Origin: Pinctada imbricata
Taxonomy: Eukaryota
DNA length: 64,000 nt
Assembly: GCA_033119305.1 (NCBI GenBank)
Contig: VSWD01000002.1
Location: forward strand, 9,274,974 to 9,338,973
Reading direction: 5' to 3'
Below are positions 45,511 through 58,955 of the stretch, piece by piece; the stretch's first letter is position 1; each line of letters begins with the position of its first letter. The notes below the pieces were generated by a model. It did no database searches, was not told where the DNA came from, and saw nothing but the letters and a program-made list of their open reading frames with translations. A program made the position numbers and the translations under genes.

Positions 45511-48500
45511 CCCAAGATTGTGACATAGACCAAAGTAAAAACTCTGTCAACGTTTTAGATACGATCCACCCTTGTTGGGAACAATTTCAATTTTATAGAT
45601 ACTTTTTTAAATCGTCAAAATGTTCATGATCTATATTTTCCGTTATTTTTTTTTCTGTTGAACTTTCGTCTAGTACGAGGTAGGATGGAGTGAGATGTGA
45701 CTTTAAGTGTATGTCAGGGAAAAATAGCGATTCTACGCGACAATAGATTTATAACATGTTGTTTGTATATATGAATAGGATAGATTTTTGGCATTTGTTA
45801 CTGATCGATGATCATTAGGTTTAGCCTTGTTGTTGACTGTAAATATAGATTGTAAGAATACTATGTATGTACACAAATGAAAAATGCCACGCTTGTTCTA
45901 CACATGTAATGCTAGGAGAATTTATTTACATACATTATACATAAGGCATAATTAATAAAGGAGTAGGGGGCAAAAGTTGCGAAGTGATCATTTTTGTTTT
46001 GGTGCAGCTCTCCTTCTTATTTACTTACATACACATATATTTTAGTCATATTAAATCAATAACTTTGATGCAATATTGTTGAAAATTTTTATATAGCATA
46101 TTTGCCTATACCTTGAAAGTATTGCATATATACATGTATGTTTAACCTCATAACGATGTAGAATATTGTATGAATTTAATATGGGGAGATTAAGAAAAAG
46201 GCAACTTAACTTTAGAAAGTAAAACTGATTGAATGAAAGCATTTGGGGAGTAGATCTGATCATTTTTCACTTAAAAAAAAAGAAATAAATTCATGTACAT
46301 GTAAACACATGAAGAAATTTATATTAATCGGACACAAAGATGCAAAATATAGTATAATTTACACTTTAAGTGAATAATTTTTATGTAGTTATATGTTTAT
46401 ATTGGGTTTGACGAAGCAAATTTCATCTCCAGGGTTTTGTATAGAGAATAAAACAAATGATAAGACTGGTACATCATAAGGGAGAGAGATATCGACTATA
46501 GTGTAAAATATATCACGTATTTGTATGATTTCATCTTTTTTTCACATTTTTACACACGTTAACGATTTTATGATTGCTGTTCATGCAAGAGATATTTTTT
46601 ACCTGTTAACAAAAGGAAACTAGTCTTACCCAAATTGTGCTTTTAGATACATGTGTATGTCTGTTCACTATGTAACGTCCATTTTTTTTTTTTTTTCGCC
46701 TCCGATTTTAACAGAGTTTATTGTATGTGCTTATGTTTCATATCATCAAAATTCTTTTCCGTGCATGATGAATTGATTTTTTTTCGCCTAGAAAGTTTTT
46801 CAATCTTAAGAAGTGAGTTTGTTGTGAAGAAAGTGAACGGGTTTTGAAATGCGGTGGCTATTTTTTTATCAGGGCACTACCCCCCTTTTGTTACCTGCAA
46901 TTTTTTTTTCATTCAGCTTATGTAGCTGTAAGGAGAGTTGATTTTGCATCGAAGTTAAGTTGAATGGGGCATTCCGTTTGATAACACGAGTGATAGGTTA
47001 TAACCCATATAAAAGCTAACGTAAATGGTTCTCCTCACTGATTGATGAATATGCTTACCATTGTTTAACCTTACGAGTGTAGATTGACTGACATGTGAAA
47101 GTGTTTTATCATTCCAGCTTACAAAATGTAATTATCTGAGTAGAATAGAATCTTGTACATTAATCACGGTTCAATTCTTGAATGACCAGAAATTTCATGG
47201 GTGGGACAATTTTACCGTATCGTATAATGGTACGGTTGATTTCCCGCTCTTTGTTACCATGGTTCGTTTGAGTTGTTGAGCTGAATTATTAGATAGTATA
47301 GCATTCACCCAGTTAAACTACAATTGAAATCTGTAACTTTTTCCAAAATTGCAATTTCTGTGAATCTCCAATAAACATATCCTGGTTGTGTAGAAATGTA
47401 TCCACATAACGTAACATACTAGCCACCTTTTTATCATGAAAATACATGTATAAGCTACGCCATTGAAAAAAAAACTAGTGAAAAGCCTCGGTTCTTTGCT
47501 CTTTCAGGTAGCTTTAAATTATTAAGGGTGAAGATCGTAGCAGTTCGCTAGTATTAAAAGAAAAAAGATTATAAAAACTATGATAAATTTGCCCATCTAG
47601 CCTCAAAACGGGCAAGTTTGTCTTAGTTTTGTCTTTGGAAGTGTTGGATTCTAAGAAAAACTTGTTCAAACATTGAATATCACTAGCTGATTTTGGCTTC
47701 AATTACGATCCATCAATTATCCATCACACGTTATTGTTATTTTTGGCACTTTCACATCGTAGGGAATCGGGAACAAATTTTTCTTAGAAGGTTCAGCAGG
47801 TGGCCAGACTATGAAGGACATTTGAAATTGTAGTTTTCGTCCATTAGCTATTTACAGTCTTTCATTATTATACACATTAAAGTACTGCATCCTGCACATT
47901 ACTAAAGGACTGTAGAAATATAATTCATTTTCAATAAAAACACCTTTTAGAACTACACCTTGTTTATCTTGTTCTTTTAATGTGTCGTCTGAAAAGGCTG
48001 ATCTCGTCTTTTACAAGCATCTGACGATTATAGATCTTTGGGTATTACACATCTGTTTAGGTTTCCATGGAAATATTTTTGTCAAAAGGAAGCTTAATGT
48101 AGGTAGTTTATGAAATTTGCCTTTAAAATCTGAATGCTTCTGCCTTCAATGTGAATTCCTACTTCTGTGTTTGGTTTAAAAAGCAAACTATGAAGTCTCT
48201 TGGAGATGACCTTGACATTACCAGGACTCAAAAGTTTTCATGACCTTGACCTTGAGATTTCTTCGTTTTCAATGATGGCCAGTGAACAAATGATTCATAA
48301 CACAATAAAGGTTGATGATGATATGAACACTAATCTGGCTGTATGAACAATAATGTACCAATATTCATATAGCCATACTATATACTTGTTACTTCAGTAT
48401 ATCTCTTGAACCATTGACCAAAGTTGAAAAAAAATCTCCACTAAAAGTACTCTTGAATGTCAAGGTCATAGATGGGCAATGGTGTTGTGATGGAGTGACA

Positions 48501-48717
48501 CTGTACTGGACACATCATCAAACTTCAGGAATTCTTTTCCCATCAGTCAAGGGTATGCCCTATTGATGATAGGGTCAAAAGGTCAAAGTTCATGGATTCA
48601 TTGTTGAGAATGTGTCCCACTGATTTTAGTGTTTATAGCTGAATTCATTCTGAATTATGACTGAATAAGATTATTTGGTTCAAAAGTTATTTATAATTTC
48701 AAAGAGAAGTTATCCCC

Positions 48718-48940
48718 TTGCAACTGTTAGGTATAGCATGTGCTTGGGTGTCTGGATCCAGGAGACAAGGAAATCGTTATGGAGACAAAAGTAATCGTCA
48801 TAGAGACAAAGTAATCGTCATGGAGACAAAGTCATCGTTATGGAGACATAGTAATCGTCATAGAGACAAAAGTAATCATCATGGAGACAAAGTAATTGTC
48901 ATGGAGACCTCAAACTTTCCAAATTTGTTCCCCGTGTGAA
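48718..48940. repeat. Minisatellite, about 20-21 bp unit (gtaatcgtcatggagacaaa) x about 9
   Basis: Direct periodicity. Confidence 0.85.
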
Positions 48941-51180
48941 GAGGTTGAATCCTATTGATTTTCTTGTCAAGATCACTGTAGACTATACCCTAGTGATAAG
49001 CATAGAAAGCAATCATTGGATCACAAAATCTTTCACATACATGTATGTATCCAATATTGGAGGAGGATGAAACTATTAAGGGTCAAAGGTCAATGTCACT
49101 ATGAATTTGCATTTCAAATCTGTTCCTGATAGTGTAGAAAATGCAGATGAAAGGGGATGCTACTTTTCGATAATTATCGTTGATTAGTACTGATCAAACT
49201 CAAAGACATTTAAAGCTCTGTACAGAATTATTTGAAGTTTATTGAGGTAATGAACTATTTAAGAAAAATACAAAATTTAAATTTACATGATTATTGTAAT
49301 GCAAAGCAAAGAAAAAATTGTAAATTGCTAGAAACAACAAGTGGAATTCATACTGGGGATGAAGTGTGAAATACATTAAGATCTTAACATTATAAACAAC
49401 ACATACAAACGTTTATAGAAACTGACTAATTTACAAACACCATGATATGAATATAAAGTTTTGATTATGAGTTTTTACATCTGATTTTTATCAACTTTGG
49501 TAATTAGATAAGAGATTTTCTACCTTTGAAATACAAAATTAAGAGTCTATGAAATGTTTTTTCATACAATTATACAAAAGATTATTTGAACTGTTCAAAG
49601 GAAGGTAACTCTTTGACATTTATCCACAGGTCTGTGCAGGAGTTATCTCCTCTGCACTTCATTCACTGAGGAGACGGTAGGTGGCAGGTCTATATTTAGT
49701 CATCCCTTCCAATTGCACAGCACAGACAGAAGGAGAACAGCACACAAAGTAACTGGAAAATAGAACATACAGTATACATATCATACATTATTCAACAGTG
49801 TAAACAAAAGGGCAGATTTAGACAGGGGAGGGGGGAATCAGGCTCCCACCCTTTAAATTAATCACTTTCATTTTTTTTTTTTTTGGAGAGGGGGTTAATA
49901 TAATTTTGTTTTTCATAGATCCCCACCCCAATAAAAAAAGATCCATCCTGATGGATATCATCATGTATAGTTCGTTTGGGCAAACCTTAATTCCACTTTC
50001 TGTCAATTTCTTGAAGAGATAAAAAATGTTAAGTTAAAATATATTATTAACCCCACCCCTTCACAAACACACTCTTTCTACTCTAATATTTAAAAAACAA
50101 TGAAATATGAGAAAGTACTATTGTACAGTAGGTTTAAAAAAAATGTTCTACAATGAAATAATACATGTACACAACCTGATCAGAGATACATTTAATACCA
50201 AATATATTTCAAAACATTTTCTATGTCCGTGTAACCAACCCCCTCCCCCCCCCCCCCCCCTCTCCCTTTCCCCTTCCCACCAATTTATGAAACAAACACC
50301 CTTGACATACCTGGAATATGAGGATACAGACTCCAATAGCGATGAATGTTGTATTGTATTTCCCCAAATCATCTATAAATTTCTGTCCACATCCAACCTA
50401 AAGGAGATGAAAATTTAATTATCTAGCTCTGAGTATAATTCACACAAAGAAATGAAGTTGATGTACTTTTATCTAGATCGATGACGTACATGTATTTGGC
50501 ATCAAAAGAAAGTAACATTACTTCAAAGGATTTTATTCAAACGAGTGTGTTATACATTGTATATGTGCTACCACCACCGTCCTCTTGTACTTCATATTTT
50601 GTAACCTCTACATTTGACTGAATTTTTATGCCAACCTACAAAGATTGTAAATAGTTACTGACAGGGACATTAAGTGTTTCACAAGCATGTGTTTTAAAAC
50701 TTTTTGGCTGGCCTCTGAGCAGCTATAAAGGTGAATCATACATTTATATGAATCCTGATTTTATTGTTAGGTTTTTTTTTTAAAACTGTATTTATTGATG
50801 AAAAATGACAAAAATAGATATTACAAGTTACAAAACATCGACTGTAGAGATTAGAATAAACCAACAAAGTTAACCGGTTATCAAAGTTGTTGACCTTTAC
50901 GGTATAATCTTGACTATGGCATTTGATGATAAAAGTACTAGCGTTTGACTGATAAAATATCTAATCGGATCTGTTGAAGTCATTGATGTTTTTTTTTCAA
51001 GTTTATTTCTATTGCAAAAATCAAATTCAAGGAATTGTGGTCCCCCGCTTTTGGGTGTTTGTCTTTAAAGAAATGCTTACAGACATCCCCCCATTCTTAA
51101 GTTTTAATAATATATCTCATATATTATCAACATTCTAAATATGAAAGATTAACTCCAAGAAAAGGTCAAAAGGTCCAAAC

Positions 51181-51625
51181 TTGTGTTTTGTTTCCAAGGG
51201 ACAGGGCTTATGAAAAGGTATGCACATGTGAAATATTTAAGACCTATGATTTAAATTACCATCAAAAACTTATGGTCGAGGTTGAAGTTTTTAAATGTGG
51301 GTCAACCTCCATGGACAAGGTCACAAGGTCAGAATGTTATTACCAACAGAAAGGTCTCATCACAAGGAATACACATGTGAAATGTGAAAGCCCTATCATT
51401 TTCCATTAAAAAGTTATGGACAAGGTTATAGTTTTTTGAAAAGTAGGTCGAGCTCAAAGGTCAAGGTCAAAAATTTTGGAATCCATGCAAAGGTCTTGTC
51501 ACAAGGAATACACATGTGAAATATCAAAGCCCTATCACTTTCCATTCAAAAGTTATGGTCAAGGTTAAAGTTTTTAATAAGTAGGTCAAAGTCCAAGGTC
51601 AAGGTCACAAGGTCGATAGACCCTT
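51181..51625. repeat. Tandem repeat, about 150-bp unit x 3, rich in AAGGTCA/AGGTCAAGGTCA motifs; related to the intron 7 satellite and to fragments at 48541-48600 and 49075-49100
   Basis: Periodicity and shared GGTCAAAGGTCAAGGTCACA cores. Confidence 0.7.
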
Positions 51626-51651
51626 GCCATCAAAACTTCATTTTTTGTGAA

Positions 51652-51740
51652 GTCGAGATGGTGTAGTGGATAGCGTGTCGGACTCGTGATTGCCAGGTGG
51701 AAGGTGCCGTAGGTAGTGGGTTCGAATCCCTGGCAGGGAA
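51652..51740 (+). tRNA. tRNA-like sequence with A-box-like TAGTGGATAGCG and B-box GGTTCGAATCC; probably a tRNA-derived SINE head or tRNA pseudogene, since acceptor and T stems do not pair cleanly
   Basis: Canonical T-loop GGTTCGAATCC and D-loop AGTGG are present, but I could not fold a 7-bp acceptor stem. It is followed by an (AT)15 microsatellite at 51793-51822. Confidence 0.3.
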
Positions 51741-52574
51741 GAATAGGTAAATAGGGTACCTTGTTATATACATGATTTTCTTGTGCTTTGTATATATATA
51801 TATATATATATATATTAAACATTTGGCTTTCATTTTCTGTTTGTGAGTATCATGCGACAAGCTAGGCCGTTGACCTTTTGAAATAAGAATTTTGACCTCA
51901 TAGCTGACAATTAATCTACGTGAAAAGAGGGACATCACGAGCTTAGTAATTTTCATACAATGTACAATCTACATCAGATATTTGATAAAATAATAAAATG
52001 TCATTAATATTTATGTGTTATGACACACATTTTAATAACATTTCTGAGCTTTGTAATTGGATGTAAAATATTGTTGAAGATTGATTAATATCAGACATAG
52101 AAACAGCTGTACTTATCATTATTCATACAAATTATTTAGACATAAATTGCTGGATTGCAAAATGTTTGGCATCGCACACGCTGGCAGACTTTACATTTTG
52201 ACATCACAATAAATGGCCATCAAAGCATTGTTTGGCAAACCATTGATTTTGACGTCACAATTTACAAGTCATGAACAGGTACAATATCCGACATTTGCTG
52301 ATCCCTGAAATCTATAAATTATATTGAAGCATGTCGACATGTGATAAAAAGAACCTCAAATGATGTATCAATCTCATACAGTATTCTTTTGAAACATGAA
52401 TGTTTTAAGTACCTCGCCTAAATTTGGGAATGTTACCAAAATACAAACTGTTCATATATCCCCAGATGAAATAGGAAAGCCTTTCCACACATTCTCTTAA
52501 GCACTAAATTCTATTGTCTGTCTTTTGTAACCGTTTGTATTTAGAATAAATACAGTTTAAAAAATGTTATGATC

Positions 52575-53722
52575 GCTGAGCGATATAGTCCCCTACCGGC
52601 GGCATATATTTATGTCCTGCAACTCTGCCTATGAATTACTCTTCAATTAAACATATATGAGTTTAAATTAAACTTACTGTCTGTGCAGCTTTAATCGATT
52701 CGAAAAAGAGGTCAAGCGTGACGAAAGTTGAACTTGCTCTGTAGCTATCCAAGACTAAGCTGAGTATCAAATTTCACCTGAATATCTCTATTTGCTGCAG
52801 AAAGAAGTCTGGAAAACTGACAAAAACTGAATTTTCCAAGTCATAAAGGGGCATAACTCCTCGAAAAATAGGTCAAGCGTGATGAAAGTCAAACTTGCTC
52901 TGTAACTATCCAAGACCAAGCTGTGTATCAAATTTCATCTGAATATCTTCATCCATTGCAGAAAAAAAGTCCAGAAAACTGACAAAAACTTAATTTTCCA
53001 AGTTATAGAGGGGCATAAACTCCTTGAAAAATAGGTCAAGCGTGACGAAAGTCAAACTTGCTCTGTAACTAATCAAGACCAAACTGTGTATCAAATTTCA
53101 TCTGAATATCTCCATCCGTTGCAGGGAAGGTCCGGAAAACTGACAAAAACTGAATTTTCAAAGTCATCAAGGGGCATAACTCCTTGAAAAATAGGTCAAG
53201 CGTGATGAAAGTCAAACTTGCTCTGTAACTATCCAAGACCAAGCTGTGTATCAAATTTCATCTGAATATCTCCATCCGTTGCAGAAAAAAGTCCGGAAAA
53301 CTGACAAAAACTGAATTTTCCAAGTCATCAAGGGGCATAACTCCTGGAAAAATGCGTCAAGCGTAATGAAAGTCAAACTTGCTCTGTAACTATCCAAGAC
53401 CAAGCTGTGTATCAAATTTCATCTGAATATCTCCATCCGTTGCAGAAAAAAGTCCGGAAAACTGACAAAAACTTGATTTTCCAAGTCATCAAGGGGCATA
53501 ACTCCTCGAAAAATGGGTCAAGCGTGACGAAAGTCAAACTTGCTCTGTAACTATCCAAGACGAAGCTGTGTATCAAATTTCATCTGAATATCTCTATCCG
53601 TTGCAGAAAAAAGTCCGGAAAACTGATATTCGGACAGACGGAGGGACAGACGGACGGACGGACGGACAGACAGACCGAGAGGAAACTAAGAGTCCCCTTC
53701 GGCGTTGCCGGTAGGGGACTAA
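52575..53722. mobile_element. TIR-flanked MITE-like element (TIR TAGTCCCCTACCGGC) with about 6 internal tandem units of about 150-160 bp and a (GACR)n microsatellite tail; it lies inside a tetraspanin intron
   Basis: 5' tatagtcccctaccggcggcat and 3' ggcgttgccggtaggggactaaat are inverted. Internal periodic units (ggtcaagcgtgatgaaagtcaaacttgctctgtaactatccaagaccaagctgtgtatcaaatttcatctgaatatc...) and ggacagacggagggacagacggacgg at 53631-53675. Confidence 0.7.
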
Positions 53723-53879
53723 ATAAACTGAATGGAAAAGCCTTTAAGAATCAATTAAAGAGGATGGTATAACGTAGAAAGGAGATTCTGCCTAAACTTG
53801 ACCTATAATTGACATGACCTTACTTGAACCTAACTTGACCTAATTAAAAAAGGGTAGGGGATCTCCAACAAGACCTTAC

Positions 53880-53999
53880 CTTGAACAAATTATTGGACGA
53901 TGAGGTACAAGAACCACTGTCTAAACCACAGCACTGGGATGGGACGTCCACACCCTGGCTTGTAAAGTCCATGTACCCATTGACTCCACAGCATTCAAA
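53880..53999 (-). CDS. Tetraspanin-like exon of the large extracellular loop with CCG and a second CC motif (FECCGVNGYMDFTSQGVDVPSQCCGLDSGSCTSSSNNLFK)
   Basis: Minus-strand; acceptor tatatag| and donor AAG|gtaagg; 120 nt. CCG followed by a second CC about 20 residues later is the tetraspanin EC2 signature. The first exon and the exons for the rest of EC2 and TM4 were not located. Confidence 0.6.
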
Positions 54000-54378
54000 C
54001 TATATATAGAAACATTAACGTTAAATAAACGACAAGATTATCTTAGCAATATGATAGTGTATGCATATATATATATACTACTAGGCTTGTAATTTACTTT
54101 TCCCTTATTTGCTGTGTTACTTACATAATGCAGTGATGAACGTTTGTTAATTTAAATTTAAATCACAAGTAAAAAAATTTAATTATGTGAATTAAATATT
54201 TTTTCACATGAAATTTAAGCAAGATAAATGTCGACTCATAAAATTAATTTCTATTCAACAGAGATGTCATGAGAACTGTACCATAAGAGTATCCATACAG
54301 GGTATGAAAATATATCTTCTTAAAGAAAATTTTCCTCTTAAAATAGACTTTTAAATTAAGCTAGAGTGAGTGCCTTAC

Positions 54379-54477
54379 CTCCTTAAAGAGTTGCTGGAAC
54401 CCTTTCTGGACGTCAGTATCATTAGTGTAGTACCGGTAAAATGTGGTGTTCAGCGCTGACTGGAACTCAGTCTCAAT
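54379..54477 (-). CDS. Tetraspanin-like exon encoding the start of the large extracellular loop (IETEFQSALNTTFYRYYTNDTDVQKGFQQLFKE)
   Basis: Minus-strand; acceptor tattgcacag| and donor GAG|gtaagg; 99 nt, phase 0-0. Confidence 0.55.
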
Positions 54478-55782
54478 CTGTGCAATATAAAGTATAAAAT
54501 ACATGTATTGCCATTTGTGACCTTGACCTTTAACCCTATTGCCTTTAAATACATGTAACTTAAAATTATAAGGTAATGTCATCTCCTAATGAGCTTTTTT
54601 TTGCATACCAAATTTGAATATCTGACGCAATCAGTTATTTCATGAGTGTCTTTGATCAATGTTATTCACGATTCTTTATTGTGTCCCTGACCTTTGACCC
54701 TTGATCTTAAAACTCAGATGATATTATCCACTTTCCTGAGTTAACTATAACACTCAAATCTGATGACAATCCAAAGAAATCAATAAAGTGACTCAGTCAA
54801 TCATTTATTTGATAATTTAACTCATTACTGTATTACAAATTGGCTTGAGATTTGTTGATCACTTTAAAATGGGTCAACTATCTCATTACTCTAAAGTGAA
54901 GGAGTCAGTATTTACATTGATATACTCTAAATAATGAAATTATAACAAACCAAGACAGATAAATGAAGGAGTCAGTATTTACATTGCTATATACCATAAA
55001 TGACAATAATGATAATATGACATTAATCATTCCTCAGTTATCAGTCAAGCTAATTAGACAATATAATTGGATCATTTCGTCCTGCATCTGTTTGTATGTC
55101 TGTCAGTCATACTTTATCATATGTCCCTAGTATAACTTACTTAATAATGATACTTTAGTTAAGCTTTGTAAGAGGGTCCAAGGTCATCTTCAAGATGAAG
55201 GTCAGATATTTAGGGTTTAGCGTGCAACATGTAACAGTGTCACTTGTTTGCCAACCATCTAGGTGATACATGTAGTTATACCAACAAGGTTATCGTTAAA
55301 TCAAGAAGGCTATCTCATGAAAAATCATCCCTAGCCTTACTGTATTACTTCCCCTTCACTTAGTAACACGATGACAAAATACTCCAGTACTTTAAGGACA
55401 TATCTTGATGAATCATTTCCTATTTCAGTATTTTAATATTGACAATCAAGTATGAGAACACAATACGTGATGTAAATACTGTACATCCTAACTGTTACAG
55501 ATATCATAGAGACGGCAGATCTAGAATTTTTCAGGGGGGAGGGGGAGGGGATCAATGAATCAACCCCCCCCCTTCCCTCCCAAGGAAATTGCTGATTTCC
55601 CTGTTCCCTTAGTTTTCCCCATCTTTGTGGTTTTTTATTTCCAAAAAAGCCTCCTTAAGGACAGATTGGATACCCTATTCCCCTCACTTACCCCTAAAAC
55701 ATATCTAGATCCGCCCATGAATAATTCATGATTTTATTTCATTAATGAATAATTCATGATTTTATTTTAAGTACAAACTCAC

Positions 55783-55857
55783 GTCTCCTCTGTATTTGGC
55801 AAAGAGTGCCACACCAACAATCTGGATGATCAATAAGATGGCTACAACCAAGGCATA
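55783..55857 (-). CDS. Tetraspanin-like exon encoding TM3 (YALVVAILLIIQIVGVALFAKYRGD)
   Basis: Minus-strand; acceptor ttttatttcag| and donor GAC|gtgagt; 75 nt. Hydrophobic TM3 with a polar Q at the position of the conserved E/Q. Confidence 0.6.
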
Positions 55858-55946
55858 CTGAAAATAAAAAAAAATTCATTACAGTTGTGAATTAATTCGT
55901 ATTAATGATATATGTAGTTAGGAATGAATCTATATTCCTTAAACAG

Positions 55947-56293
55947 CCAATTGTGCCTCACATGAAATTCATATGAAATGAGCATCATGTAAATTTCACA
56001 TGAAAGTTCATGTGAAATTCATATAAATTTCACGTAAGATTTATGTTAAATATTTTCCACCTGAATTTCACATGGATTTACTTCAGTCATGAATTTTACA
56101 TGAATTTTTCTTTGTGACCACTATGCGAAATTGAATTCACATAAAATGTTTGTCAGAAACTTCACATGAATTTCATTTGAAAAATTTCATGTAAATTTCA
56201 TGTTTGTGCTCGTTTCACATAAATTTCATGTGAACTTTTATGTAAAAACGATGTAAATTTCACATGAATTTCATATGAGGCACAATTGGCTGT
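55947..56293. mobile_element. MITE, 347 bp, with 23-bp TIRs CAGCCAATTGTGCCTCA(C/T)ATGAA and internal (acatgaaatttcacatgaa)-type palindromic repeats
   Basis: 5' end cagccaattgtgcctcacatgaa and 3' end ttcatatgaggcacaattggctg are reverse complements. Confidence 0.8.
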
Positions 56294-56317
56294 GTATAAT
56301 GTACAGATCATGTTCAT

Positions 56318-56860
56318 GTGAATAAATTGATATTCATTATTGTTGTGAATGAACTGATATTCATTATTGTTGTGGGTGAACTGATATTCATTAATATTGT
56401 AAATGTATTGATATTCATTATTGTTGTGAATGAACTGATATTCATTATTGTTGTGAATGAACTGATATTCATCATTGTTGTGAATAAACTGATATTCATT
56501 ATTGTTGTGAATAAACTGATATTCATTATTGTTGTGAATGTATTGATATTCATTACTGTTGTGAATTAACTGATATTCATTATAGTTGTGAATGAACTAA
56601 TATTCATTATTGTTTTGAATGAACTAATTTTCATTATTGTTGTGAATGTATTGATATTCATTATTGTTGTGGGTGAACTGATATTCATTAATATTGTGAA
56701 TGTATTGATATTCATTATTGTTGTGAATGAACTGATATTCATTATTGTTGTGAATGAACTGATATTCATTATTGTTGTGAATAAACTGATATTCATTATT
56801 GTTGTGAATAAACTGATATTCATTATTGTTGTGAATGAACTGATATTCATTATTGTTGTA
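56318..56860. repeat. Minisatellite, 27-bp unit (tgaatgaactgatattcattattgttg) x about 20
   Basis: Direct periodicity; the overlapping ORFs on both strands are artefacts. Confidence 0.9.
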
Positions 56861-58587
56861 TTGCTGTATTTAGCCCTGAATCTCCTGAAGTATTTCTTCT
56901 ACACAATGATCTGTACGCAAGAAAAACTTGATAATTACTCAAATGTAATGTATTTCGAGTTTCCTGATACAACCTTTATTTTGGCAAGCTTATTTCTAGA
57001 TACTTAAATTACAGTCCAAAGAGTAGGGGGTAGCCATGTTGAAAAGAAGCTAATATCGATCAAAAAACGTTGAAAATTAAGAACAATCTGGCTAATATGG
57101 ATATCTATAAACTTTAAAACATAGTTATAGTCTAAACAAGATACTAGAAATTAAATTCAAATGACTGGTCCCAATTTTTTCCATAAATTTTAAAATCTTG
57201 AATCTCAAATATGGTTGTATTTTGTATTCATTGACTACAGTAGTAGTAGGCATTTTACCGCGAAATACACATTGTGTAGAAATAAACTGCACACTCCTGT
57301 TTATTTCATTCCAAAAGCTTGTGCATTTCATGTGAACATGTTTAGAATAAATAAATGAATGACTTTAAAAGGGAAAAAAATTAAATTTTGCTATGTTAGG
57401 GCCTAAAACACAGATTTGTAAAAAGCCCCCCACCCTCCCTTTTTCAGTTTTTCGTCTCTGGGGCATCGTTCCCCCCTTAGCTACAGAACCCCACTTTGTC
57501 AAAAGATATGTATTAGTGATATACACCTTCTGTAAAAGTGGCGTTCTGTAGCTGAGGGGGGAACAATGTTTTTAAAAAAATTTCCTTTTTCCATTGGTTT
57601 CTGTAGAAAAAAGACATACTTTGCCCCAAAATTTAGGAAAAGGATGCATGATAAATCTTATGCAACTGCTGATTATGATGAAACCAAAAACTGGCATAAA
57701 TTTTGTGACAGAAATTTTTTGAAGTTCTCATTTTGAAAATTCCACTTTTTCAGGGCAGATTTTACGCCTTATCTTATCAGCTCCTTTATTACATGTATAA
57801 TATAATATGTAGTTGTGATTAGCGAATGTAATAGAAATGAAACTACAGATTGTTCCAATTGTTTTCATACGTGTATACAAAACATGTACATTTAAATCAG
57901 GTGCAGACAGTTAAGTTTGTCGAGTCTGACTCAAGTTTGACTTTATAGTTTCATGAGTCATAACGATTCACAAATCAAATACGAAATTCGTGAGGAATCA
58001 TATGGTATGTATAAACAAAGGGTAAATAGCTGTATTGTTATCTGTATTGTAGATACAAAGTGTGTACCAGGAAGGTGATAGTATTGATATAAGCTTCCTT
58101 CATCGTGGGTTTACATTAATATGTGCATCCTGCTGAATTAGCTTTAAAAATTACTACTGCATTATGCACTTTAATTCACTTTTTGTAATTCTTTCCTTAT
58201 AAAGTATTTTCCAATGCCCCATTGATTTTACCAGTAGTTGAATGCTGCAAGTGTTAATAATTGATAGCTAGTATAAAGAACTGACTGACCAGACACCTTA
58301 ATGCTTCATAATCAGCCTGTATACATAGAGATAGAGCAATTTCTTAAAAAATGCATGATCACGTTCTGGGAAACAATATTCATTAATTAATTCATGAAAG
58401 CACTTTGTTCGTTTCTTTGAATTGCTCTCATTTCATAAACTATAAAGATAAAGTACACAACATTCTCAATTCCCTAATCAATAGTACATCAAATAAATAT
58501 TCCAGTGCCTTTCCTTTCAATGTAAACCATTCTTTCTTTATACATAAGTACAGTACAACAGCGCCATCTATCGCGAGAGTTACTTAC

Positions 58588-58812
58588 CACCACCAGTAGA
58601 GGTCGCCACTCGCAGCATGCCCCCAGACAGCCGAAGATACCGATGCCGAAGATGAAGAATCCGACGACGATGAAGATGAGAGCTGCACTGTTAAGTAGGG
58701 AGTATGTATCGGTTCCGTTAATGTCCGTCTTTTGGAGTGTATTCACTATGTCCTCTTTAAACCAGCCAAACTTGAAGACCAGGCCGGCTATACCGATACC
58801 TAAACCTAATAA
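58588..58812 (-). CDS. Tetraspanin-like exon encoding the end of TM1, the small extracellular loop and TM2 (LLGLGIGIAGLVFKFGWFKEDIVNTLQKTDINGTDTYSLLNSAALIFIVVGFFIFGIGIFGCLGACCEWRPLLVV)
   Basis: Minus-strand ORF with the tetraspanin TM2 motif GCxGACxE. A strong acceptor (tttctgttcttattttcag) and a GTAAGT donor bound it. 225 nt, phase 0-0 with the downstream exons. Confidence 0.65.
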
Positions 58813-58955
58813 CTGAAAATAAGAACAGAAAATAGTAAAAACTGAGAGTTTCACTTATTTCACTATGATCAGCTGTACATAACGATTTACTAATACAAAC
58901 ACTTTTAATTCGACATAACCCCCTTCCCCTAATTTAAATTTAAATTATATGGTTA

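Noticed and set aside
56314-57007. Repetitive ORFs (MNISSFTTIMNIS... and MNELIFIIVVNELIF...) on both strands
   Set aside because: Translation of the 27-bp minisatellite.
58489-58854. Possibility that the tetraspanin ORF starts at the ATG at 58854 (MKLSVFTIFCSYFQ...) without splicing
   Set aside because: A strong polypyrimidine tract plus CAG acceptor immediately precedes L15 (tttctgttcttattttcag), and tetraspanin first exons usually end inside TM1. Kept as an open alternative because I cannot see the upstream exon.
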